A stretch of DNA of 64,000 bases from Podarcis pityusensis (taxonomy: Eukaryota), in assembly GCA_964106645.2 (NCBI GenBank), contig OZ067047.1. One strand, 5' to 3'. A program made the translations under genes and the position numbers. Numbering within the stretch: position 1 is the stretch's first letter; every line of letters begins with the position of its first letter. The notes below the pieces were generated by a model. The model searched no databases, was not told the DNA's origin, and was given only the letters and a program-made list of their open reading frames with translations. Positions 1 through 11,700 of the stretch are shown here, one piece after another.

Positions 1-1571
1 CAGACCGCATGCTCAGAAATATTTTTTCTGTATTTTGTAACACAATAATTTTCTACCTGTGTTCTTGCTGCTGCATGGAATAACACATGAATCTGATCTT
101 TGTTGTTAAGTAAAGTATTTAAACTTATTAGCAGTGTGTTCTGTTCATTGAGAGAGGGGTAGAGGGGAAGCAAAAGGTCTAAAAGCCTATATTCCTCATG
201 CTTCACTGCACTGTGTGATTTTGTGGTTTTAAACTCTGCTGGGGGCTCTCTCCTGTTTAGCCTACACTTTGGATCTAGGGATCCAGCCTGCTTATAATCT
301 ATCAAGGCAATGTGGGTAGGTAGTGATCCCCCTCCTGTTTCTACCAAAGTGAATGGAATAAATTTTCCTTAGACCAGCATTATGGGCTGTGTAAATTCTG
401 CCATTGTTGAGGGCACATTCAAGACGTTCAAGGTCTGCTCCTCCCTGTCCTGCCAATGTCTCCACACTGTGTGGCTGCTGCACTGGAGTTGTGTCAACAT
501 AGTGGCGTTGCATTGGTGTATCTGCACAGTTGTGTCAGCCTACCTCGTATAGCAGTAGCATCAAAGGGCTTCTGCCATGTAAGCCACTTAGCCGAGTGAC
601 TGAAGCATAGGATCCTTCCCCATACAATATTTGCTAAACTGCCACAAAACTCGTGTGTGTATTTGGAAAACGACAAAAGTAGTATGAGCTACACTGAGGT
701 CTTGTAGCTTGACAGCTGACGCTTTTTAATTATTCCAGATGACCTTATACGCCTCTTGAAAATAACAACTTCAGAACTTTTTCAGATGGGTGAGGTATAA
801 ATAACGAAGTATTATTATCACCACCATCATTGGTAGCCGCCTCACTGGAGAACGACAACCATTTCTCTAGATTGCTTTATCCTAAACACAAAAAAATCTA
901 CTGGATTACACCAAAGCCTTTGTAGCCTGGAATCCCATTTCCCACAGTGGAGAGCCAGATGTTTATGGGATGCCCCACCATGAAGCGATGAGGGCAACAA
1001 CAGCTGTCTCCTAGTGTTCTTTCTGTTATTTAATTATTATGATTAAATTAGATTACCTGGCCTTCAGCAGCAGTTCCCAGGGCAGGCTGCAACCATTTAA
1101 TTTTTTTCAAAATAAAAAAAAACAGTTAAGTAACAGTAGGGTGGATCCCGAAAAAAAAACGGTGTCAAAGGTCAGGGAAAGGAGGCGCGTCTTCAGTATT
1201 CTCCGAAAGCGGGTCAACGGAAAGGGGCCTCTGATATTGGAGGCAGCCTAGAGCCATCTTTGCCTCGTTCCCTATCGATAACTTCACCCTCCGTGAATCT
1301 GATACCACATCTTACGGCAGCGGAGTCGCTTGGGGCCTAGATTCACTCTAAGCGTCACGAGCGGCGTTTGTGACGACCCTGCTGCGCCCCAAAGGAGTCG
1401 CCTCACTGTCCACTGAAACGGCCGCTCTGAGGGGATACAATTCTAGAACCAGCCCTTTCTCTTTAAACTTCTACTGTAAAAGCACCGTTATTTCTCATTC
1501 TGCTGTGTAGAACTTGCTGCTGAACAGGCAGGCGACCCCCACCGCTGCCCATTGCCGACACATAGCGGAGG

Positions 1572-1590
1572 ACTACAACTCCCATCATGC
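1572..1590 (+). promoter_or_regulatory. ZNF143/THAP11(Ronin)-type composite motif ACTACAACTCCCATCATGC
   Basis: Matches the ACTACAANTCCCANNATGC motif typical of CpG-island and bidirectional promoters, about 300 nt upstream of the ATG. Confidence 0.7.
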
Positions 1591-1701
1591 CGTTCGACGT
1601 CCCCTTTGTGATGTTTTCGCTGCCCCTTCTCGGAGGAAAGAGAAGCGCGACGGTGGGGAGGGGGAGCGGGAAAGCGCGAGCGAGAGAAGCCGGAGCTGAG
1701 C

Positions 1702-1711
1702 TCTCGCGAGA
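1702..1711. promoter_or_regulatory. TCTCGCGAGA palindrome (BANP / CGCG element)
   Basis: Exact TCTCGCGAGA inside the longer palindrome GCTCTCGCGAGAGC (1700-1713) in the promoter. Confidence 0.75.
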
Positions 1712-1883
1712 GCAGGCGCCAGCAAACGGGGAAAGGGTGGTGTCTCGCGTACAAGTTTGGGGTCTGACTGGGCCGCGGCGGCACACGGCCAAGGAACCGA
1801 AAGTGAACGGTGCGCTCGCTCGCGTGCACGTCAGTTCGAAGCCGCTCCCTGCCGCGTCGGTGAGCGGCTGAGTAAACCCCCTT

Positions 1884-2487
1884 ATGGCGGCTCCTGCGCC
1901 TGAGGGGAAGGCGGCGGCGGCGGCCTCGAGCGACCTCTCTCCGCGAGAGGAAGGGGAGCTGGAGGACGGGGAAATCAGCGACGACGACAACAACGACAGC
2001 GGGCCTCCGGAGCCCAGCAGTAGAGATGGCGGCGGAGGCACCACCACCAAGGGCCCTTACGCCAGGCGTAGGCCGCCTCCCGACCTGCGGAACAGCCTCC
2101 TCCTCTCCTCGTCTCGCCGCTTCTCCCACTTGCGCCACCAGCCTCCCCCTGAGCTCGGGCACCTCCATGGCCGAGGAGGAGGAGGCGGCTACCGACTCAA
2201 GGAACCTTTCCGGCCGCACCCGCAGCAGCCGCCGCCTCCGTCGTCTTCGTGCTCGCGGCTGCCGCCCGGCTCGCACCAGGACTCCGGCCCCAGGCTCTCC
2301 TTCTGGGAGCGCAGCCACAACGCCCTGGACCGCTTCCGCTTCCGAGGAAGGCCTTTTCGGGGCGGGGGCCGATGGGGCCGGAGCCGAGGAGGAAACCCCC
2401 CGGGAAGACCCCCCGGGGGAGGTGGGGGAGGGGGCGGCGGCGGGTACGGCGGGAACCAGGGCTGGAGGGAACCCTCTCCTCGGAAAT
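1884..2487 (+). CDS. ZFC3H1: ZFC3H1 exon 1 (coding part)
   Basis: MAAPAPE...EEGELEDGEI...WREPSPRK; donor GTATCCTT (U12 type). Confidence 0.93.
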
Positions 2488-2711
2488 GTATCCTTGCCAT
2501 TAAGAAAAGGCCACTTGGCCTTTCTCTGCTGCGTCTCGCAGGAAGTGGGGTGGGGTGGGGTTGCCTGTCCTGGTCTCTTACAACATGGGGTAGTTTGGCC
2601 CCAGGGTGGTCCTGGAGTTGGACCGGCGGCCTGTTTTGTTTTCTCTGGTCTGGGTGGAGGCCGTAGTGACGACAGCAGAAAGGGCAAAGCGGAAATGAAT
2701 GCAGAGGTAGG

Positions 2712-2751
<40 letters not shown>

Positions 2752-5700
2752 TTTAAGGAGGTTCTGCAGAAGTGAAGTGTGTGGTCCGAGACAGAAGATG
2801 TCATCTGGTATCTTGGAAGGAGCCTCATTGGCTTTCAAATGTGATGCCTGAAATACTTGAAACACTTAATGAGTGTTTTACATTTAAGCAACTTTGCCGG
2901 CCACACAGCTGGCCTTTAGTTGTGTAACCAAAGATGGCAGGGAATATCCTAACCAAGGAATGCTTAAAGTTTGTCCTCAACCGAGAATATGTTTTTAATT
3001 TTTGTCTTTCTGTTTTTAGGATGATAAATGTAAATTTCCTTGAAATGTTGAAGGCATAGGGGGAATAGTTCCCCCTTTATTTTGAGGGTGAGGAACGGAA
3101 ACATGCAATTCTTGCATCAGTTAGTATACAGTACTATGTACTAAAATGGTACCTTTAAAAAGTACTATTGAAGTAAGTTATCATTTTCATCCAATTTTTA
3201 AAGCATGTTTACTTATGAATAATGCCCAAAAGATTACATTCATTCTGATGGCCATCCTAGGAGTATGTCCCATTGAACTCCTAGGGCTTATGTTCGAAAA
3301 GATTATGTTGTTCGTTGTGTAGCAGGGTGCCTGTGCTGTAGCTTTTGAGAACATAAGTGAAAATGTTGGCCACAGGAAAGCCAGGTGAAAGGACAGAAAA
3401 TGAAGTATATTTAAATAAGGCTGCCCAATAACATTCTCAAGCTGTCCGGCAATTTAAATACTATCAGAGAACAGCATACTGTCTAAAATTTCTGGTGGAG
3501 ACAAGCTTAAAGCCAGATGACAAAAAATAAAATAAAACCCACAAAAATAATTAGTACAATCACATTTTGTTTGTGAAGGCACAGGGAAAATAGAAGTTTA
3601 TTTACCTGGTGCCAGAACGGCAATAAAGAATATGCTAGGCCTGCATGAGCCTCTCTGGGTAGAGTGTTCTACAGTTCATGGTTGCTGCCTGTCTAAATGG
3701 AGGCACCTTGAGCAGGACCTCTGAGAGGGATCTTTTGGTTAGCCATGTTAACTGAGGTGCTGGGAAATGGAAGCCACCAACATCTGGAGGGCCACAAATT
3801 TCCCATGTCTGGTCTAATATTTAAAAACAGCACTTTGATCCCAGAAACTGACTTGGAGACAGTACAGCTGATAAAACAATAACATAATTAACACGCTAAC
3901 ATATCCCAGTCAAAAGCCTTGATGTCCTATTTTGGACCAGCTGCAGTTTCCAGACCCTTTCCAATTGCAGTAATGTAAATCGGAGGTTACTAGAGCATGT
4001 GTAACTATTCCCAGGCTGTTTCCATCTAGGTATGGCTGCAGGTAACATAACAGCATAAGTTGATAAAAGCTTTTAGTATCTCCAGACAAGACCGAATGGA
4101 GGCAAGCGGAACTTACAAGCAATGAATGTACTGTATGGTCGTGTCAGAACTGCAGTTAGATAGCAGAAATTCGAGAGTGCTTATGTTTGCTATTAAATTT
4201 AAATGTATATTCAAGGACTCTGTTGCTTGAGTGGCTTATCATTGTCAGAATTTCCATCAGTGATTAATATCTTTCACATTTATTATTTGAACAAGTAACT
4301 TTTAAAAACTGAATTTAAGTTCACTACTAGAGTCATATTCTTTAGTTACACATTGTCTAGGGCGTGGTTCTTGTCCAGTTTACTAGTTTCGGTTTTGCCC
4401 ATGAACTGAAAGAATAAAAAAGGCATATTGTGGGGGCATACAAAGAACTGTTTAGTTTGTTCTGTGTGAGCTGCATGTAGTAATTTCCTCATATGTATCT
4501 CTGTGTCTTTATGGAATTATGCTAAAAGAGAATAGGATAAAAGCTGAGGCTTCTCAATTGGTGCTACTGTATATTTTTACTCATCTCCCAGTTTTATTAT
4601 TCTAAAGATGACACAAGGAGTTGCTTTTGTTTCTCTTGGGTTGCATTCTATTTAGAAGCAGATAACTTGCTTCAATGGCCAAATTAAGCTTGTGGTATGG
4701 TAGATATAGTGGTGGACTTGGAATGTTGACACTGCTTAGTCCAGATCGTCCTGGATGGTGAGTTGCTGTCTTTTCAGCTTTGCCTTATCCTGCTAAGTGG
4801 TTGTGAGAATAAAACAGGACAACCCAATGTATTCCTTCTTGTGATCACCGGAGGAAAGAAACTTCGGAAAAAGAAAATGGATTTTGCCTTCCAGTCTCTG
4901 CATGTAACTCTGTCACTACAAGCTGAGTTCAACATGTTGCAATGCAAGCCTATGACTGGCTCAGTGTGGAAGTCTGTTTTGGCTAGCTTTTACCCCTTGA
5001 CGGCTATTGGTTTTCTGTTAGAATTGCCCAACCTGGGGCTCTTGTTTTGGACTAACTCCTATTAGCTCCTCAATGCATAGCTGGCGTAACACATGAGTAA
5101 GCTTCTGTTTTTGAAACACCATTGGATTCTGTTCCAATGTATTTTAGGATGCTTTCCAATCAGAGGCAGTTGTTCAAAAGAACCACTGTAATGAAGTACT
5201 GTGTAGGCAGCTAATTAAAACCCTGAAGCCCTAGTTCTAGGGGAATGAAGAAAGCACATAAAATGATACTGGCCACAGAATTTAGCTCCCTGAGTATATG
5301 GAGTTTCATTTAACAGAAACAACTTTCTGGTCTCTTATCCTTGTGAAGACATATTTGAAAGTGTATAGTGAAATCAGAGGCCTGTGATAGCTTAATACTG
5401 CTGGTAGTTAGAGGTGAGCAGCTGTGCCTGCACTACTGGTTGCCCATATTTAGGGAAAACCAGAACATTTGCAGATAGAGCAGTAGTAGAATAAAGTATA
5501 AAAAGAAGAGGTCTATATATATACAAATCCAAATAATTTTTCATATGCGACAAATGGACTCAATTATTTTTAGCACAGAGTGCACACAGCCTTAAGGTAT
5601 ATCTGTGTCATAAATGAGGGCAATTTCAGTGGTGTCCAGATCTTTTTCAAAGAGGGCCAGATTTGATGAAGTGAAGGGCCTTGGGGCCGACCAAAGTTGT

Positions 5701-8700
5701 TGACCTTTTTACCTTTTTTTAGGATTGAAGTTGTTGAGCTTCTTTTAGGATTGAAGTTGTTGAGGTTTTTTAAGAATTTTACCCCAGGAAATAAACTGCC
5801 ACATGGATGGAATTAAATCAACTGGCAGGCCAGATTAGGCCCCCAGAACTGACTTTGGACATGGCTGCTTCAGACTCTGCACTAGAGGCTGTCATGTCAA
5901 GCAGAGGTAGAGAAAGTTCCATTGCACATCCAGAAGTCCTTGTGCTAGCAGAATTGTGTAGTTGGATACTGCCTAAAATATCAAAGTTCACCAAATTAGG
6001 TTTTTTTGACACCTTATACTTAAGTAGATCTGCCACCAGCTTATTTAAATAGGAAAGAGGCCAGCCAGAAGTATTTGTGTATTGCTAACATTTAAGATTG
6101 TGATCAGAAATACTTTAGGGGAGGAAATCATCTGGGATGTGTATAATGAGAGTTGACGTGTCCCAGGAGGGAAATAAACCAAACTGGTTGTGGCAGTGGA
6201 ATTGAGGTCAGGAAACCTCTTCAAAGGTGTGGTTGCAATGCCTGGCGTCAGATGTTTGGGAAGAGGACAAAAGAATGCCGCTTCACGTACTGCAGAATCT
6301 TGTAAGGAAGCACTGTGTGAGTAAACATGGAAGTTGTATGTATTATCTCCTGCATGTTGAAACATGATTGAATTGCTGTTTGGAATGAAAGGTTTCAGTG
6401 GCTATATGCTTTTGATCACTTCCTTACAATGGTGCAAGTGACAAATGTTCTCTAGACCATTTTCTTAATAAATAAATTAGCCAAAAGCTTTGGAAAATCT
6501 CCATCTAGAAAGCAGAACTATTCATCTAAGAATGATAACTCTGTTGAAGAGAGTTTTGAGGATCTGTTGTTGAAATATAAGCAGATTCAACTAGAACTTG
6601 AATATATTAATAAAGATGAGAAACTGGCTCTGAATAACAAAGAGGAAACTGCTCAGCAAGGCAATGATGAAATGGCCAGTCCTGAGGACCAAGTATCTAC
6701 AGAAAATGTCAGTATTACAAAGGATGCTGTAAATGAAGTGTCTCCTGAGGAGAAGAATAAAGTGTTAACCTTTCAGGCATTTGAACTGAAGCCTCTCAGG
6801 CAAAAACTGCCAACCCTAGCTGAGAGGAGCAAGTTGAAAAAAGTGAAAGATGGAGTAAAGCAAGTGTCACAGAAATCTGAATTACTGGATGCCAGTCAAG
6901 GTAATTGTTCTTTATGTGTAATAAACTCATGATTTTATCCTTTCTGTAATTTTTAAAACTGCTTTTTCTTGTGACAGAGTAGCTCGCATTTTTACAGACA
7001 TTGTAATGTTGGCACAGATTACAGTTTGTTGTTTTTATTTAACTTTTATTACTGGTAAACAGAAGTGCTTTGAAAATGCAACATTTCTTAAGAATGTTTA
7101 TATCTTGTTTTACTAACAGAATATAACTCAAGTAAACTCAGCCAAGAATAAAAAGAGAATCAAACAACAATCTAACATATATTAAAAGTACATTGTAAAA
7201 ATAACGTGTAGGGGGAATTCCATGCCCTCATTTGTTTGATAACTTTGGCACGCACTTCTGTTTTATCTTTCCATTCCTGGACCATTGTTTGCCTGGGAAC
7301 TTGGAACAGATTGAATCTAGAGTGCTGTTTAGTACTGGAGAATAATAGAGTAGTATCCTCTGGCACCTCCTGTTTTGTTTGAGATGTTTATCTATTTTTC
7401 TACCTTTTTGCTGTTCGAAATGCTGCATGTTTCATTTGAGGGCATAGCAGGCATTCTTTACAATACTAGTGTGGACAAATCAAGCCTGGACCTGACTGTA
7501 AGAGTAGATAGTTTGGAATCTGCAGTGTTGCTCTATGAGTTGAGGTCTTGAGCTGATCTTGATAATGAGTTTGGGGGTGCCTCTGCTTGAGTTTCTCTTA
7601 CACTGTGATGCTGATGCTTCTAGGCCTTCAGACTGGGTCACAGAATTAGTGGAAGTATTAAGGTGACCAGGGAGCATGAGTTTTCCCCAGTATGAAGTAC
7701 ACCTCTTGTGTAATGTAATAATAAAAAAAGAGTCGAAGACAGGAACTTAGGAGAATGTATGCTTGCTTTTGCACACTGGGCAAGTATAAATTGGGACCAT
7801 GGCAAGATTAAAAGAACCAGGCATATAGATTTTGCAGCATATTCTGCTTAATATACATGTTAGAAATTTATGTATAATATGACTATTCCTTTGCATGCTT
7901 AAATTCATTTACTTTGTCATTGTGCTTGATAAAATATATCATTTATCTTTTTAAGCAGTAGATGAAAAAGAGCAAGGAGAACAACATCTTAGCCCATCAG
8001 GTGCTGCAGTAGAGAAGGTAAGTGGAGCCACTTGTTTTTCCAGCTGCAACATCAGTCACTTAAAATTTAGCTCTAGCCTAATATATACTTACAGTGCAAT
8101 CCTATGTGTGTTGTTTCAAAGCAAGTCCTACAGTGTTAAATGTGGCTGATGCTTGAGTAAAATGTGTTTTAGGATTCTGTCTGTAAAGTTTGAAAACCAT
8201 CCTTCTGTAGCTAGTGTTTTGCATAGAGTGATTTTTTTTTAGTCAAAACCTTTTTAAAATATCAGTTTAATGATGAATAAAGAACTGAAGTGTGTTTGTG
8301 CTTTTCATTTTACAAAAGAAATTGCTTGATGAAGAGGAGGAAGTGTCAGAGTTGCAGCTAAGACTACTAGCTTTGCAGTCTGCCAGTAAAAAGTGGCAAC
8401 AGAAAGAGCAACAAGTGATGAAAGAAAGCAAGGAAAAACTTACAAAGGCAAAAAATGTACCACAAAAGATCAAAACCAGCACAAAATCGCATTCGGCCAA
8501 AAAAACCAGCACTGCAGGTAAATGGTTAAATTGGTGAGCAGTGGCTTTCCAAGTTGAGATCTGTAATGTTCAATATTTGACAGCTTACTTTCTCCATAGA
8601 TTTGTTGTGTGTCTTTGGAAAAATTAAGTGTAATTAATCAATACTCTTATTTAAAGCTAAGCAAGCACTGAGGAAACAGCAAACAAAAGTGTGGAAAAAA

Positions 8701-11700
8701 CTGCAACAACAGAAGGAACAAGAAAGGCGTCAGAAGGAAGAGGAACAACGGAAACAAGAAGAGGAGGAGGAGAGAAGGAAAAGGGAAGAGGAAATAAGAA
8801 AAATCCGTGATCTTTCAAATCAAGAAGAACAGTATAATAGGTTTATGAAGCTGGTTGGAAGCAAGGCAAGATCAAGAAGCAAGGTAAATTGACAGGCATG
8901 GAGTATGGCTTTAACATGGATGTACTTGTGTAATTAATTTGCTGTTGGGGGTGGGGTGGGGTTTGCTCATCTTGGTGACCCATGATCTGATAGGATTAGA
9001 TTAGGACTTGAGGGTCTTAGCTCTCCATGGATATGGACATACTGGTCCTGGACAACTTGCTGTCTTTCAGCCTGTTTTCTGTCAGAAATACTGACCACCT
9101 TCTCTAGTTTGCTGGGCTTTATGAAATAAGGGTTGTAAAACCTTTGGTAGTGCTATGTAAGCAAAAAATGCTGAGCGATCTGGAAAACGAGAACTTTTTA
9201 ATTCAAATATACACATTAAAAAACAAAGTCATTAACATTGGGTGTTTTTTCTCAACCTGATGGTTGTGAAAGGAATTACAAATGGAAATTGATACAGATG
9301 AGTAGGAAGACCAAATTAGGCATAAAATTCTCACTAGTAAGTAGTGAGGCCTTAAAGATTAGTGGCAACTGTGTTGAGGCACTGTAAATATTAAACTCAT
9401 TTTGTTAGTCATGTTTTTAAGTTGATTAGGAATGGTGGTGTAAATATCCATGATTTGAGAATTTTCTGTTGTGAGCAGTGCCACAAGCACTTGTGTAAAA
9501 TTGCATCCTGAAAGCACAAGGGATAATTTCCACTTGTGTTTTCATTGGGGAATAAAAGCAGCAACTGGCTGTGCAAGGTGTTGTAACAGTGAGAAATTGC
9601 AGAAATTCCTGAATCCCTCCAACTATATTTCTAACTGTAGCACATTCTTCCCCAGAGGAGAATCTGAAGTAGTTTTAAGTTCATTTTGAGTCCATAATAC
9701 GAATTCATGGCTGACAGTGGCGTTCAAGTCCTACAACTAGGTTTTCGCAGGGTCAGATACAGGTTTGAGACGCTCTCTGCCAGATGCCCTCTGCAGACCC
9801 CCCCCCCCGCCCCCGGCAACACAAGATTGAGGATGAGGAACTGTCACTTAAGTTACTGTGGGCACCAGCAGAAAAGGAATGCCTCCTCTGGGGCCTGTTC
9901 CTTTTAATTTTCTTTATTTCCTGGTGCTCCATTGAGTGTTTGGAAAGAGAATTTAATTTTGAGGGATTGGGGACCCTGGAGGAACACAGATAGCAGTGCT
10001 TCCCCTGCCACTAATGGCTGACCACCATGACAACTTCTCTCCTTACCCAGAATACCATAGTCAGTCACCTGGATTAGGAGCAGGGGGAAGCAGCAGTGGC
10101 CAGCCAGCAACAGAGGAGAAGCTCTGCACTCTGTACTACTCTGGGTTTCCTGGCCTATTTCCACTGATGGGCACCTGCCTAGGATTGTCAAGGCATTTCT
10201 CTGTCCATGGCTCGCTCACTTTCTTGCTGCCAGTTGGGCCTCACACCTGATGTACACCCCAGGGAAGGAAAGGAGCCCGGGGTCATTGGAGACAAGTATA
10301 ATTACAGTAGCAGCAGCTGTAGCTGCTTCAATCAGCGCTCAGTGATTTTTAAAAAAGAGGCTGACATTAGCCTTGTGATAGGCCATGCCACATGCTGACG
10401 CCAACTGTACCATTCTGTTGTCATGACCTTTGGGATCATAATTATTCATTTTTTTGCAGGTTGGAAATGGTTGGGAGATTTGCCTTCCCACACACTTAAA
10501 AATAATTAGAGTATGACTTGGTAGCTTTGAAAAATGCAGTGTTTTGTAAAAACGAACTGTTCTGCTGCTTGCTGTCCCTTACTGAAACCACAGTTGTTAT
10601 GAGAGAAGATCCAGCAAATAGGAGTCAGTAGTTTGCCACTGCTATCTTTCCTATAGCTTTTCTTCCGACAACTGGGCAGCTGTTTGAGGCAAAACAGGCA
10701 GCATTGCATGTGTTTAAGAAAGGAAATAAAATATATCTGAGGCTAACAAAACTTTTTTGTGTAGTCTTCAGATAAAGACTTGAGACGGTCAATAGATAAG
10801 CAATCTACTGAGAGTGCAGGAGGAATCTATCAATATGATAATTACGATGAAGTTGCCATGGACACAGAAAGTGAAACTAACTCTCCTGGTAAGTGTTAAC
10901 TTACCTAATGTGTGGATTACAACATTTTATTTTTGCTAATTTTCTAAAAAAGGTAAAGGTACCCCTGCCCGTACGGGCCAGTCTTGACAGACTCTAGGGT
11001 TGTGCGCCCATCTCACTCAAGAGGCCGGGGGCCAGCGCTGTCCGGAGACACTTCCGGGTCACGTGGCCAGCGTGACAAAGCCGCATCTGGCGAGCCAGCG
11101 CAGCACACGGAAACGCCGTTTACCTTCCCGCCAGTAAGCGGTCCCTATTTATCTACTTGCACCCGGGGGTGCTTTCGAACTGCTAGGTTGGCAGGCGCTG
11201 GGACCGAGCAACGGGAGCGCACCCCGCCGCGAGGATTCAAACCGCCGACCTTTCGATTGGCAAGCCCTAGGCGCTGAGGCTTTTACACACAGCCCCACCC
11301 GCGTCCCCTAATGAACCCGCGTTCCTAATGAAGCCATAATTAAAGCTTGTGTTCCACTGTTTTGTTTACTCATTTACCTAATGTTATGGCTGCTACATGA
11401 AAAATAAAAAATTCAATAGCTGACCCAGCATAAGAGCAGGAGCAGTATGTGATGAGAGAAATTACTGCTTATTCTATTGTTTGGATCTCGATAGTTTTCA
11501 TGAATTGAAGTACAGTTGTACCTTGGTTTTTGAACAGCTTAGTTCTCGAACATTTTGGCTCATGAACGCCACAAACCCAGAAGTGACTGTTCTGGTTTGC
11601 AAACTATTTTTCGAAGCCGAACATCTAATGGGGCTTCCGTGGCTTCTGATTGGCTGCAGGAGCTATCTGCAGCCAATCAGAAGCCACGCTTTGGTTTTGA

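Larger units (their letters stand above)
1300..2670. promoter_or_regulatory. CpG island / promoter and first exon of ZFC3H1
   Basis: Visibly GC- and CpG-rich block in an otherwise AT-rich window, surrounding ATG 1884; boundaries approximate. Confidence 0.85.
2488..6480 (+). other. ZFC3H1: U12-type (minor spliceosome) GT-AG intron 1 of ZFC3H1
   Basis: 5' site GTATCCTT; branch-like TTTTCTTAAT at 6460-6469 just before the AG; no polypyrimidine tract; junction restores RK-S-KSFGKSPSRK. Confidence 0.88.

Noticed and set aside
1488-2828. 446-aa antisense ORF and other overlapping ORFs across exon 1
   Set aside because: Stop-poor GC-rich CpG island; low-complexity translation that runs through a (GT)(GA) microsatellite; no recognisable domain
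9700-10430. GC-richer stretch with several short ORFs in ZFC3H1 intron 5
   Set aside because: Exons 5 and 6 join in frame without it; I could not assign termini or homology; likely old repeat sequence
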